The notes: generated by a model not told the origin, from the letters alone. 57,752 nt of DNA, filler included, from Catajapyx aquilonaris (GCA_000934665.2; 3 parts of 3 records of this genome joined end to end with filler, not necessarily neighbours in it), one strand, 5' to 3'. Counted from the whole stretch's first letter, positions 24,431-38,561 are shown. Numbers and translations are program-made.

Positions 24431-24712
24431 GGGTTTAGGTTTAGGTTTATTAGGAAGAAGCCAAAGCAACTAAGTTATGGCTATCTGGCTATAAGAAGAC
24501 GCAAAGGTGGGACAGATGGAGAGAGAAACGAAGAGGAAAAAGAAGAGAGGAAAGACTGGTATAACTCTTAGTCTGTCTCCTATCCCAAAGACCTGTCCGA
24601 CTTGGGTGGCCCTACCAGTAGACGAAGTACCGCCGGCATAGCTCTTGGGGTCACGGGAGAAACGCAAACCCCACCACCACGATAAGGTGAAGATGCCATC
24701 GGGGCAGGGGGA
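24431..24712 (-). mobile_element. Short non-autonomous RTE-derived retroelement (RTE 5'UTR domain plus (TAAACC)n tail)
   Basis: The minus strand has CACCTTATCGTGGTGG..GGGGTTTGCG..AGCTATGCCG..AGGGCCACCCAAGTCGGACAGGTC, matching the conserved BovB/Expander 5' region as I recall it. It ends in aataaacctaaacctaaaccc. Confidence 0.7.
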
Positions 24713-25539
24713 GGGGGGGGCGGTCGCGATAGCAGTAGGCTATTTGTATGAGATTAATCTCATCCATGGCCTTCCAGCTCTGCATGCGATTCCTCTTCTT
24801 CCACCTCTGAGCTAACGTAACAGGGGACCAAGATGTGGCCAAGGTTTTCCTGGCCTCATTAACCGTATGACACCATCTTGGTAATGCTCACTTGCCTCAT
24901 GGTCAGATGACTCGCACCGTTCTCTCACGCTTGTCCTCCATCTGGCCACCCCGTCTCATCATCTCCTGCCATCCCGAGACCCTTGGCACCATGCAGGGGC
25001 GGGTCCCGCTCGGATCGAAAACCCAACGACTTGGCTTGGACCACTTTCGTCTCCGGGCGCCGCCATCTTGCCTGCTCTCCGGCCAACTTCCCTATTCGCC
25101 GCAAAGGGGCTGCGGTGTTGGCGATGACGTCGCTGAATCATATTTGACTGGATATTTCACGCTTACGTTACGTTTGCGAGGAAACTAATTCCATATTTTT
25201 GGGCGCCCTCAGGCAGTTGAGTACAGAAACGAAAAGATGGTATCCTAGTGAGTTTACAACCCACCACACAAATCTTATGTTTTTACAGCTTCCTTCAAAA
25301 TGTATGGTTAGGTCCTGCAAGCCGCGAACTTCTCCGTAGGGAAATGTCCTCAAGATGCGATTCCCACCTACCGCGTTTCATAAGTAAAAGCAGTAAATCT
25401 TGTTCCAAGAATGTTTACCAAAATTCAATGTAGCCACATGACAGAATAGATCTTTATACATACCACTGCACAGAATCACAATGCCCAGCTAAGCACTTTC
25501 CTACCTAGGTGCGAGATTTTGTAAGTCTGTGGCGAGAAC

Positions 25540-25670
25540 TACTGTCTTCTGTAGTTGCCTTTTATATTTTCGTAACTTCTTAAGCTTTTGTCCGAACAAT
25601 GGTTTTGAAGATAGCCAAACAAGGCAATGTCACTCGGCGAAAGGTCTGGGCGAAGATTTCGGCACTCAAA
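25540..25670 (-). mobile_element. Ancient mariner transposase remnant
   Basis: Translates RPDLSPSDIALFGYLQNHCSDKSLRSYENIK, matching the mariner YSPDLAPSD.LF..L motif. Confidence 0.6.
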
Positions 25671-25990
25671 GTTGCACCACTAGAAGATTTCAAAACATCG
25701 AGTAATGTCCATGTAAAGATGATCATGGTTGATGTCAGTCACTGACATCAGCCATGACCACCTTTACGCTCTTTTCCGGGTTAACTTGTTATTATTATTA
25801 AAATTAACACGTTACTCTTACAAGCTACTGGTTTTCCTGGACATTATTTTGGAAGAATACCTATTGTCCATATAGTAGCGGAAACTTGACGGATTCTCCC
25901 TACGTCATGTTTTGTTTACACTGAAAAAATTTACTGAATCTCTCCTCGAAAGGTACATATTAATTTATTTTCAAACTTCTTTTTCAAATA

Positions 25991-27049
25991 TAGACCTCAG
26001 GGGAAGAACGATCGAGGTCCACCTCAGGTGAAACTGAAAAATTTCAATTTCAAATTCGAAGGTCCATAAGGTTCTATAAGTAGCCTAGAGTGAAATAGGC
26101 CTAAGTCCACTTTTTTGCGAAAATGAGATTCAAGAGTGGAAGAGTTTCGATAGTATCCGCCCTCATGCTGATACTGTAGAATGGTATCGACCCAAGTCCA
26201 TTCCTGGCGCACTAAAATGGGAAGCGACGTTGGCATCGGGAACGTACTATGGGGCTCAAATTGTTTTGGCCACATTATCCTGGTCTTGAAGCAACCCTTC
26301 GCACAGGTGTGCAGGTGTGCGTTGAGCAGGTGTGCAGGGTTGCTTCAAGACCAGGATAAAGTGGACAAAACTATTGGAGTCCCATAGTGCTGTACATAAC
26401 CCAAGTCCGGGACTTGTGTTGTATGCATTATGAGCGAGATCGTGGTGTCATGCTTTACTGGTCAGACAAATTGATTGATTTGCTCCTTAAAGTTACTTAC
26501 AGCACAAAAAGTCTATGCTGGGCCACAAGTGAGGTTAGAGATGAAACAGTTCATGTTTACACTCTAAAGTAATATTTCACAGGCGCGGGGCCTTTATGGT
26601 CGGGTCGCCGTAACTCTGACACAGGTCGTTGCGAATGCATAAGGTCCAAGTCCGGCATTTTCAAAAATATTTTCCTATTCACCTGCATAAGCCGTTGACA
26701 TAACAGCCTTGTGTGATTGTGTGTGAGCCTTGTGTGACGTGCACAGAGCTGCCTTCTCCCATCCTGCATGGAGGAGGAAAAGTTCAATTTCGTAATGTTG
26801 ACAGTTTCTTTTGTACACATTTTTTTTGCTTTTCCTGAAAAGTTATGCTTTCTGGACTTAGGCCAGTTGCATTCTCGGCTATTACTGTCTTTGTAGATCC
26901 CACTTTCGGGGCCTTCCATAGTGACCTATGATCATCACTCCACAACCACGACCAAACCATCATATTCCACGCCAGTGAAACTATATTTCTGAGATATGTA
27001 ACTCATTTTTGACAAAAAGTGGACCTTGATCGTTCTTCCCCCGAGGTCT
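25991..27049. mobile_element. Non-autonomous TIR element (hAT-like) with nested palindromic MITE
   Basis: agacctcaggggaagaacgatcgaggtccac / gtggaccttgatcgttcttccccgaggtct; ttcaaata on both flanks. Confidence 0.65.
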
Positions 27050-28091
27050 TCAAATACCGTATAACATTTCAAGTGATTTTATTTCAGTATAGGGTACATC
27101 AAAGCACGGCCACAATCACAATAATGTCTTGTTTACTCAAATAGCTGCAATATCTTATGGTAGGAACTATTGTGATTATTATTAACTTACTGTGTATGTC
27201 TTTGTCAGTAACACGGTATGATTGTAATACAGCGCACAAAATTCTACAACAGGGGCCCGTCTCAGATGAAACAACATAAAATAAGTAAGTAGTGTTTACC
27301 AGAACAGAATAATCTCTCGCACGGCACACTAGATTATCGGGGTATCTTCACTGGGACTTGTTATTCTGGGTGCTTTTACAGCAGTGGCATGAGGCTCAAC
27401 CAAAACAGCAAATGAAGAGGATTTGTAACAGTGAAATTGATGAGTGTTTTTTTTGTCTCTTCTCGAAACTAGAGTAACAACTGGCCAACGTTACTGTAGC
27501 TAACGTATACCAGTAATCGACACAGAGTAAATACATCAGGCTAATATCTAATATACTACTTCAGGCATGTGAAAATGGGTATAATATCCTGAAAGAGCCT
27601 AGACAAAATAACTGGTGACTTGTTGAATATTGGATCAGGCTCAACCTTGCAGCGAATGAGTGTCATTAATTATTGAAATGTGCTATAATGCATGTAAATG
27701 GTACGGTTTTACTGTTTCACTCTCAGCATGACTTATGCAGGACCTGCTGAAATGTCTCCCGAGCTCCCAATGTAGTCCAGCACGGATGGGCGAAACTATG
27801 CAAATTGTCACAGTGCTTGCAGGAAGGGAGTTCTGAGAGGCTTTTTGCCTAATGTGAAAATGCGGAGCCGGGAATCACGCAATACAAGTCAGTCTACACT
27901 ATTTATCAAGTCTGGGAACCAGGAGGTGGTGGCGGGGGGAGGGGGGGGTGTGCTGGTGAAAAGATGCACGCGCTGTTCAATTATACACGAAGTTCCATTA
28001 ATAACTCAAACTGTTTGTAACCTTGGTAGAATTATTGCATTGCCTATTCTTCCAAAGAGAACTAGCCATTTTTCCACTAGTCCTAATGCAA

Positions 28092-29050
28092 GTAAGGGAG
28101 CTTGGGGCAAGATGTGGTACTTAACGCTTGAACATTTATATAAGAAAGGAAAACCAGCGAAGAGCTATGAATACAGTTTTTTCCAGATATCTGATTCTTA
28201 CACTAAGTTACCTAAAATTGCAAACATCATTCAAATAGCCCCTTTAGGAAAATGTCAAAAAATGGATATTTCTTCTAATGCACATTGCCCAATCTGACTC
28301 CACTATGGGGGTAAGACGGGGAAAGACAGGAGGCAAGATGGGACAGTTTGTTTCTGATTAACATGAAATGAAATAGCCTGTATTATAGATATACCCTCAA
28401 GATAAGTAGGTACTTATTATGCACAAAAGACACAAATTTTCACTTCCTTCATCTTCATCCTCCACCCTCTGTACACTTCACATATGCCGATACCACATAT
28501 TCCACAAGATACCCAGCTTTCTGTGGAGTGTTAGTAGAGCTCATTACAATATTAAAATTCGGGGTCAGAGTCTTACTCATCCCCAGCTGTCTTGGGACTA
28601 TGGGACCATCAACCCTGGAAGAGATGGTCAGATGGGGTATACCCTGGGTATCTTGCCCCACCATGCTCTACCCCGTCTCAGTGCCCATTGTCGCACATTC
28701 ACATTGGTAACCTCCCACTTCCGTTGTAACACTAAAAATATATCACCCTCGCCTGTCATGCAGGCCATTAAACGCACTTTCAGGACATGCATTACTTTCC
28801 TAGTAAATCTGAACAGGTTTAGATACACCATCATTATAAAAAGACGACAAAATAATAAGGAAGTATAAGCTAAATTCCTAATAGTGCTACTCATGATATA
28901 GTCACTCCATGGACGCCATTATACTCTAGCAGATGGAGAAATGGGTTGGGAACATAATGACAATTCCTGTGTGGTGGCTGCAGAAACACCTGAGATAATT
29001 AGGGTACCCCTTCTTACCCCCCATACCCCGTCTTGCCCCAGGTTTCCCTA
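28092..29050. mobile_element. Degenerate TIR element with repeated ggggcaagatgg motifs
   Basis: ggggcaagatg/ggggtaagacgg motifs on the left, inverted tcttgcccc/tcttacccc motifs on the right, ending in cccta. Confidence 0.5.
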
Positions 29051-32000
29051 GGCATAACAAAAAAAGTTGTTTGAGCTAACTACAACAATGATGCGAGGTC
29101 ATTGCCCACGGAAATTGCCCGGGATAGAATATCCCACATCTATAGGAAGGGAAAATGAAGCGCGAGTAATTCATGCCTGCAGTATTGTACGGTTAAGTAA
29201 TCCTTAATAAAGAGTGTGGTTAATAGTATTTAATTGAGCGTGGCAAGAAAGGTGCTGATGACTGCCAAAATATGAAGTAGTGCACGTTTGCAAAGTGCAA
29301 ATAATGGCGTTGCGAATAAGCAGAGGGTTGGGAGCAATGGCTGCTGCTCGTGGTTAGTCTCTTGGCGGCGATCAATAGGCAGCTAGGCAGGGAAGGGACG
29401 GAGTAGGGGGAGGAGGGTTGCAAGGGAGGGAGGGAGGGAGGGAGGNAGGGAGGGAGGGGGAGCTCCAAAAAGAGAGCTGCAGCCTGGAGGAGTGGGGGTG
29501 GGGGTCTAGCTAGGCCCAACTCTCATCATCGACCCATGCCCCTCAGCTCAAGGCTCAAACTGCTATCATGGCCTCGGCACCGCTGCCCATTCTACTCCTC
29601 ACGGTATCACAATGTTGGGTGCACCCTCTCCTACCAGACGGGTGGGGCCATGTTGGCTACGGAACTACCATTATCCATGAATTACTCTAAATATAAGGCT
29701 TCATTTGTACAGTTCAGCGTTGCGCATATAACTGGGCCAGCATTACGTAACGTAACGTTATCTCCTGGGTGAGCCCCTGCTCGCAATTCCTCATCCGCTG
29801 CTTACAACTATTCTAATGTCCAATTCATAGACGGCGGTAACTCTACATCACTCTGCCGTGGCAGGGACGCTCACGTATGAAGACATGGGAGAGGATTAAA
29901 TGACGGGTGCAAATAAGGTGTATGACGCAAGTTGATTGTAATAATTTATTGGTGTTGCTATCTTTGCTGTCAACAACTTGCACCGTTTAGTTTATTTGTA
30001 CCCGCTATTTAATTAACCATCTGGAGTGCCCAATAACAATCAGGGGCACATTAGGATCAAACTGAGTTAGTCACTGTTTAATATGTATTAGTAATATTTA
30101 TTTAAATATATATAGTTACTTTCTGATAGTCGAGTCTGATTTTTCTAATAAAGAAATTACAGCTCCTTAGAGATTTGTCAAAAAATCTTACGCATCAGGC
30201 ATAAGTTAAGCAATCTTCGAACTTTAAACCTTCACGTGTCAAAATCAGTCGTTCGGCGTTTCCGGTATCGTGTATGCTCCTTGGACGTACTGTGAATGCA
30301 AAACCTCTCTTCTACTCCTCTGGTCGCTAGCCGTAAATACAGTATAAATCATACATCGAATATAAATTCAAGTACAACTGCACATCAATGAACAGAACGA
30401 CGTGTTGCTCCGCTTCATGCCTTTAATGAGATTCAATCTATGAATGTTACTAATGGAAAGGGACGCGTTAAGTAATGCGACATGTTGGGGGCATTTGCCC
30501 GTAACTAATGTTAGCTACATTCAGACTTGATGGAATTCGAGCCTAAACCATATATCCTGGTCTTCAATGCGAACTTTTCCGGCGCGGTATCGACTTAGAC
30601 TCCCCCATTCCTGAATAGATCGATTTTAAAAGTATGAATGGCACATTGCTTAACCAGCTCGAAATTATCCATCATACCTTCATGCAATACCAGCATATAT
30701 CCATTGGGAGACACGAACGCCTGAAGAAACAATGATGAGGCAGTTTTTAATGGGCATTTCAAAATGCTGGCCTGATTTAAAATTGTCCCACAGTGGGTTT
30801 TTGCTCCATTATTGCCTCTATAAGAGTTTATGCTGTGCTTACATTGCAGGGAAGAAAGACACCTATCGACTAACGATATATTTTGAAGCATTTTAACCAG
30901 CCTTGAGCAACGAAATCATTCAGTGCAGCATCAGGAGAGTAGCTTTGGACGTTTTATTGCCTATGATTTGATGAATGTGCACTAATATACGAGGCATCTG
31001 CAGAAAAATATATGGAAATGAAGGCCTGAAGTGCAAAATGATGAGAACCACAGTTGACTAATTTCGTTATAATATGAGAATTTGAAATTTGAATACTGCA
31101 TTATACCTTATGGGAGGATGTTTCAAGGCTAGAATAAGCAATATTAACCTCATTTAGATCCAAATGTGACTGATCGTTCTGCATAGTTATTACGTTTTAA
31201 AATACATTTTTCACGTCCAGGCTAGAGAAACATTTTACATGTTGTTGCGTCAACCCTTTTTGTTCAATGAAGTAAACCTGCTAATCCTAGCTGCTGCAGC
31301 CAGAAATCTATATCGTGCAAAAGTCTCCCATGGTGAGGCAGAGGCCTATCTAATCCCCCCCCCCCACACACACAACCCAGATTCTATCTTCCTAATACTT
31401 GAAGCAGAAATTCCAATGTTATGTGACATTATTTTATTTACTATAATCATGCGACCAAAGCCAATAAATCAATCTTGACGTAACCCTTCGGACAGGCATG
31501 CGGAACACTCGGTCAAGACTAGCACTAGTGTGCAAAAGCAGTTTGCCTGGCATGTTTCATCCATGTCGCATGTAAATGATCAAAACGAATTGTAACAGAA
31601 TACAATGTAGCAGCCTGTGTTCCATCAGGGGTGCAAAATTAAACCCCTAAATAACGGTTGTTAATCCAGTTTGACTGCCTTCCGTAGGCAGACTAAATAA
31701 TCAGGAAGGGATGGCGGGGTGCATGAAGGGGGCAAAATCAAATAGTATTAATGATAACAATTTCACAGCAGTTTAATTGAATCCTGGGCCTTCCCTAGTG
31801 GTAGAAAAGCCTGCAGGGTTCCAGGGGCTTGCGTCACAACAAAAACCAATTACCCGTAAGTAAAGCGGCCTTTATTGAATTTCACTAACGGTTGATTGAC
31901 CCTTTGGTTCGGCACTAATTGCACAATTTTAGTGGTAGTTGTCTAACTCTACAGCCTGAAACAATGGCCTGGACTGTACCTTCAAACCAAATAAATTGAA

Positions 32001-32925
32001 AAAAGGAGGAAGGTTTGCTACAAGGTTGTAAATGGCTCGTTTGAACCCAGTCGACGGATTACAGTCGACTCGTAGAACAGAAAGAAAAATCCCTTTGATG
32101 CCTAATGACATTTCCTCTTCACTACCTAAAAAACCTTACCATTTCTTTCTGATATTCTAATGACTTTATTTGGCTAAATGAGAGGAAGCCGGAATTGGAG
32201 AGATTTCTTTCCTCCAGTTTGATTAAATTCCTGTCCATTCATGTTACGGGCTAGGCTTTCGACGGAAATATTGACCCTGAGCTCGTTTTGTGGGTTTCAA
32301 AATGAATGGTGCATTTCTGATTTTTAGCTGGCATGTCACGTATTTGATTAAATTTTAAGACCAGAAAGGGTATTATTTCATTCCACGAACTTGGACCTTT
32401 TGCAACGCCTGTTCAGATCTGCCATTCCATATAAGATGATATCATGGGACATCTAAATTCATTAATTCGCTGACAATTTAACTACTAATGACGATATACC
32501 AAGTTGTAAATGAGCTGTGGAGAAAGTGACGCACATATCATTCTGAAAATTAATATAGGCATCCTACATAAGCTTATCTTATATAATATATTGCAGGCTC
32601 AGAATATGTTTGATACGAACGCTTAACCTGAACCAGTCCTTGGCTGCCATTGCATTATAATTATACACAGGTCCATAAAGCACCAAAGATAACGTAAAAT
32701 TAAAGGACTGACATATTTGCACTTCTCAACGCGAATGCATTTTTGTAACTCTAGAAGTTTGGAGGAATTCTCTGAAAAAGTCTTCATACATTGCCAACTT
32801 TCGCATAGAGCAGGTCCGAGCCTGTCATTATCAGCAACACATGACAATTTCCGGAAATAACGATATTTTAGCACTGTCACTCAACTGCTGGGCAAAAAGA
32901 AAGTGACCGCCGCGTAATATATTAT

Positions 32926-33621
32926 ATGGGTCGTTCACAAATGATTGGGATTATAATTTTTTCTGCACACTAACCATTTAATGGGACAAAATGAATGCAT
33001 GGTAAATTAGAGGTATTCCCTGCCAATGACTACGCACTGTTGCCACCGTTCCAGAAGTTTCCGTATGGCTGCAGAAAACTATTCTTTGGGGGTACCCCGG
33101 CACAACTCGTGGACAGCCGACTGAAGCTCGGCATTGGAGGTGAACATGTGACCGTGCACTGCCTCTTTCTTTGCGTCGAACAGAGCGTATAGTCGCAAGA
33201 TCCGGCCAATATGGAGGATGAGGCAGCACGGCGTACCCTAGAGGTCATGACACGACAATGCGAGGCCAGATGTCAGTCGATCCACCACTGATATCCCGAA
33301 GGCTCTAGGGTACACAACTGTGCTGCAACACCCTCCGTCTTCGCCGGATCTTGCCACTAGCGACTACGCTCTGTTCGACGCAATGAATGAGGTCACAAGT
33401 TCACCTCCAACGACGAGCTTCAGTCGCCTGTCTACGAGTGGTGCCGGGGTACCCCCAAAGAATAGTCTTCTGCAGCAATACGGAAACTTCTAGAATGGTG
33501 GCAACAGTGCGTAGACATTGGCAGGGAATACCTCTAATTTACCATGCATTCATTTTGTCCCATTAAATGGTTAGTGTGCAGAAAAAATTGTATTAGTCCC
33601 GATAATTTTTGAACGACCCTC
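32926..33621. mobile_element. Mariner-derived foldback (two inverted 3' ends)
   Basis: About 300-bp arms; both encode remnants of HPPY.PDLA..DY and ...KL.E.WQQC; termini gggtcgttca/tgaacgaccc. Confidence 0.85.
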
Positions 33622-33667
33622 TGGGAGTGTCAGGAACGGTACAATCAGGCGCCTAGTATTATAGTGC

Positions 33668-34270
33668 ATAGTAAAACTTCCATAAGTCGAACTTCCCTAA
33701 GTCGAAGTTCTCTTTAAGTCGAAGAAAATGATGAGCTTGGTTGGTCACAATGTAAAAGAATAGGAAATAAACTTCCCTAACTCGAATTTCTATAATTCGA
33801 AGTTCTCCATAACTCGAAGTGCAGGCAGGGCCTTACGATGGGATATCAATGCATTTTCAGTCTCCCTAAGTCCAAGTTCATGTTGGCGAGTACGGAAAAT
33901 TGTCTCATTTCCCAGCCGAAGGGTCCAGAGTAGGCAACGTGCACAGAAAGACTTATTAATTACAGATCTCCATCTGCCAGACGTACGGAAAGAAGGGTTT
34001 GACTCGATTGTGACAATTGAATCCTTGAATCAAAGAGTAGACAAATGTCCATCACTGAGTTTTTTTTACAACAAAACAACGAGGAACATTGTAAGTGTGA
34101 TAGTGACAGTTATTTTTAAGTTATGAACACCTTTCGTGGCTGGATATAAAGGTATAGTCTTACTTATAGAGTTATGTGCTTAAAAAATTCCAAACTTCTC
34201 TAACTCGAATCTTCTATAACTCGAAGTTTTTTACGGTCCCATGGAGATTCGACTTATAGAAGTTTAAGTG
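33668..34270. mobile_element. pogo/Tigger-like non-autonomous element (uninterrupted copy)
   Basis: agtaaaacttc.ataagtcgaa...ttcgacttatagaagttt with repeated taactcgaa motifs; same family as 48440-50852. Confidence 0.8.
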
Positions 34271-36110
34271 AGTAAGTTTTACTTACAAGTTATTGTATGT
34301 ATTTTTAGCATTGGTTTTTAGTTCCAGAGGTAATAGAAGTTTTTAGAACTGTTGAGGCAGAAAGAATCTGAACACAAAAGGTAATATCCCAAATGTTGTT
34401 CTGGCAGTTCGCGTGTTTGTCCTGCAGTTTAGCTCTAATTCACCTGAGAATGTTGGTACTAGGTGGTGATGTCAAGGGTACTGATAGGACGTGTTCTAAT
34501 CTACATTAGAGTGGGCATAATTAGTTGTTTCATATCCCTTGAGTGACATGTTCACTAGTGTACACTACATGCCAAACCACACTGGAAACTGGGACCTGCA
34601 GTGGCACTGCTGCGATGAACGTTCAGGACACCCACTAATTTTTTAATAAATATATTATAATCTAAATTCTATATGCACGCAAGGCATAATAATGAAGCTA
34701 TTACTACTATTAGTTAGAACTTCATAATTGTATGCTGCATCAGTTCCATCTTACTATTCCCACCGAGTTCTTTTGAGTCCAGCAAAGCGTCAAGCAAGCC
34801 TCTTCTGCATAATATTATAGTAGCCGACTACTAGAAACGCTCACCATTCCAATTGTTGGCAAGTCCATCTTCTCTATAATTCCTCCCATGTTTGGGGGAA
34901 GTAAGACTAATAGGATTAGCGGCCGGATTCTCCTTCGAGCTAAGAGGTTTAATTGAGTTAGAGGCGGCGGCAACAAAATGGACCCCCTCTCCTCCCCGAG
35001 CATTGCTTTTTTGCTTCCCGGAGCAGAGGAAAGTCCCACCTTCAAAAATTTAGAAAAACAAAAAAACTTTTGCCAGCTAGAGATCTTGCAGGGAGGAAAA
35101 GGAGGGGCTGCGGATATTTTTAAAAATTGTTTTACGAAGGCAAATTTCGGCAATCATTACGCAGTTAATGTACTTTTTCATATCTCGTATTTTAATGTCC
35201 TTCGCTGATTATATCGTATATGCATTTATAAGTTTGCTCACATCCAAGCAGATGAAAATCATTCGCACACTAATTTCCACTCGAACCTGTGACACCGTCT
35301 TTACGTCATGAGTGATATCACACATACCGTTGAAAAGTCCAGTAAATGAGAGTTCCAATGATGTGTGTAACCGACTGCCAAAATAGAAGGTGAAGCGAAA
35401 GCGGCGAATGGAAATATTAGCGTCAGCGATATTTTTTTTACAGGTATATGGATATGATTTGACCTCTGAAACACGAGGTATACTTTTGTATTTGAACAGA
35501 AACTTCTTAGAGCTCTTCTTGTTTATTGGAGTGTCCTTCTTTCAGCGTCTCATCATAATGTAGCTAATAGTAAGTGCCAGCCAGTAACTAATGTGATGCT
35601 GTTTTTAGGGTTACCTTTACAAGCACCGTCTTGCTACCAAGAATATTTGGGTTAGCTTATAGGACCATGAAAAATGTTTATTGCCGATTTGTTAGCTATA
35701 AAGCAATGTTAAGATTTTTAAATTTCGTCACCAACTCCCTTAACGGAAATGACAAACGTGTCATGATGGTACATTAATACATTAAATTACTCTGTAATTC
35801 TGTAAAGCACGCGAGCAAAATAATAAGTGTGAAATAAATTAGGGTTGTTCTACATACTTTCACATAATAAACATGTAGGCCTAGGCTGTTATATTTATGC
35901 TATCATTACCTGCCTAATTCTTTTCGCCGGTCATTCTTTCAACAGTCTATAACTATAACGTAGGCCACAATATAAACTGCCATAAAATTATTATCGGACC
36001 AAGTTAGAAAATTTTTAAAATGTTAATAATATTTGTAAGGATAAAATATCATAAATATAATAAACATTTGAACAAAATATAAAACCGATTTGATGTTCAC
36101 AAAGTATAAA

Positions 36111-36547
36111 AATAATGAATACTCCGAGATAAGCTTGTGGCCTTTTACGGAACCCTCTTTTAACTGCCCGACTTTATGAATTAATTTCAATGAAGATGGA
36201 TTTTTATAGTGAGAGAACCCACATAAACCCTTTCGACATGAGATATACGTATACCTGTGTGCAGGGGCGGATCCAGAAATTTTATGTGTGTGGGGGGGGG
36301 GGNNNNNNNNNNNNNNNNNNNNNNNNNNNNNNNNNNNNNNNNNNNNNNNNNNNNNNNNNNNNNNNNNNNNNNNNNNNNNNNNNNNNNNNNNNNNNNNNNN
36401 NNNNNNNNNNNNNNNNNNNNNNNNNNNNNNNNNNCGTGCCCCCCCCCCCCTAAATCCGCCACTGCCTGTGTCCCATCCGGGGATCGGACTCGGGACTCCT
36501 GAAGCGGAAGGCTGTATCCCTAACCATTGCACCACCGGGCCGCCCCC
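36111..36547 (-). mobile_element. tRNA-derived SINE family 2 with nested hAT MITE (36262-36464, spanning an N gap)
   Basis: Head ggcccggtggtgcaatgg...gagtccgatcc; gtataaa on both flanks. MITE caggggcggat...atccgccactg with TSD cctgtgtg/cctgtgtc. Confidence 0.7.
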
Positions 36548-36870
36548 GTATAAAGTAATTTATGTCCTTATCAGGATCTTCTGCACACTTTACTCCGCTT
36601 TTAGCAGGGTATAGTGTGAGAGTTGGATTTTTCTCAATCTAAAATAAAATTACACTAATATTAATTACTAACATGTCATTGTGATGGTAGCTGCATCCAT
36701 TATTCAAGTATTTTTGCTGAAGGTCAAAAGGAAATTTAAGATAAAATTTTCAACAATCGATTCGTGATATTAATATGAATGGTCTATTTAGCTACTGTTT
36801 ACCTCTTACAGTCAATGCGCAGATATCGCGATGGAGGACTGGGTTTCATAGGAGAAGTTATAAGTTAGGG

Positions 36871-36872
<2 letters not shown>

Positions 36873-36916
<44 letters not shown>
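36873..36916. repeat. (CT)n microsatellite
   Basis: About 22 perfect units. Confidence 0.95.
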
Positions 36917-36920
<4 letters not shown>

Positions 36921-38461
36921 TTGAACATCTCAAATACTGTATGTCAGGCGTTAATGTCTCTCATTAGGTAATAGCCTAAGGATGGTGAGAACTTGATCGG
37001 AGTTAGTGTGCAAAGAGTGTCCCAAAATGAAGCTGTCTAAATGGGCAGCTTCGTGCTGCTGAAAAGGACCCGGAGTTTGTAAGTTTTGGCGACGGCAGCG
37101 CTCCAACAAGCCCGGAAAATCAATCCGCCACTCATCGCACTGCCTTGTGGGATCGGCACTAACTGTCCGCAACCTTGCTCTCAAAATCCACCACACTTTC
37201 GCAAAAAAAATGCGGGTTTTCATACATACGTAGTCCTCGCTTGCAAAAAAAAACCCATTTTATTGCTTCAGGTAGGGCAGAGACAGAGATTTTTTCAAAC
37301 CCGTGTCCCAAAGGACCATTGCAGGAACGGAAATACCCTGTGCTCTGTAGAGTTGGACCCATCCTGTTTCACCCAAGCTGGTATATATCCTTTCCAATGT
37401 CGATATAAAAGGACATAAAACAGTGTCTGGGGGATTAAAATGTTCCCACGCGAACACTAACATGATTATTATGCTTCTTTCTTCTGCTGCAGAAGCAGGG
37501 AATCTTCGTACATGTGTATGATTGTATAGACTTGATTTTTTATTGTGCAGGTCTTATGGGCTGCATCCAGATAATAAGCAGTAATGCACCATATTATGAA
37601 AAAATAGCCCCTCGATATAATGCTTCTTTACTGGAATTAGATAGATTATCTTGCATTATATTTATATTGTGAATGTGTTCTAGGTTTTCTAGTACAGTAA
37701 TGTCATTTCTGACACTAATCGCATATGTTGTATATGATATTTGCTAATTAACGTCAAATGCGCACCGGTGTTGACATTTTTGTAGCTATGTAATTTGTGC
37801 ATCCATAATCCAATATTTGCTCGTCCGCTGACGTCGCATGTCAGCAATGCCCTGACAGAGAGAATCCAGACGAGATGAATAGGAATACATACCTGGCCTG
37901 TGCCCCCCATCGCAGCCGCGACGCCTTGGGGTCAAAGAAGATGGTGAAGACAAGAAGCACCGAAAAGCATCGGTGGTGTCCCATTCTTGCTCTCTTGTGT
38001 TTGGGTGTGTCAGGTGTCCTGCCCTCGGGCCAGAAGAAGGGGGCAGGGAGAAGGAGGAGAGGAGGTGGGGGTGGGTGGGGGGGGAGGGAGAGAGAGATAG
38101 GCCTATCTCCTCTCTAGGCCTCCTCAGCCTCTCTACACACCAGTCCCAGCCGCATTTCACCACCGGGAAACCGACCGACCCCACCCACCAACCGGAGAAA
38201 GCAACTCTCAGCAAACGCACATCGTCACTTATGGGGCGTACAGGGTCAGAACGGGTGAAAAGGGAGGGGTAGAGGTAAGAAGGGGGGTAAAGGAGGAGCG
38301 AAGAAGGGTAAGCGCCAACTGATCACCTAGTAGGAGTCATCCTCAATTCACGGATGCAGGATGGGTGTGATGGGGGGAAGGAAAGGGGGAAAGGTCTGAT
38401 GGAGGAGGAGGAGGAGGAGGAGAAGGAGGCTCTTGCTGGAGGATGTAGTGGGTCAGGGATC

Positions 38462-38561
38462 NNNNNNNNNNNNNNNNNNNNNNNNNNNNNNNNNNNNNNN
38501 NNNNNTTAATTAATTAANNNNNNNNNNNNNNNNNNNNNNNNNNNNNNNNNNNNNNNNNNNN
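38462..38561. other. Assembly gap of unknown size with TTAATTAATTAA linker
   Basis: 44 N + 12-nt linker + 44 N. Confidence 0.95.

Noticed and set aside
26557..26919. 120-aa minus-strand ORF
   Set aside because: Inside a TIR element, with no recognisable motif or convincing splice structure.
36023..36614. Several overlapping ORFs of 80-170 aa
   Set aside because: They are open only because they cross an N gap.
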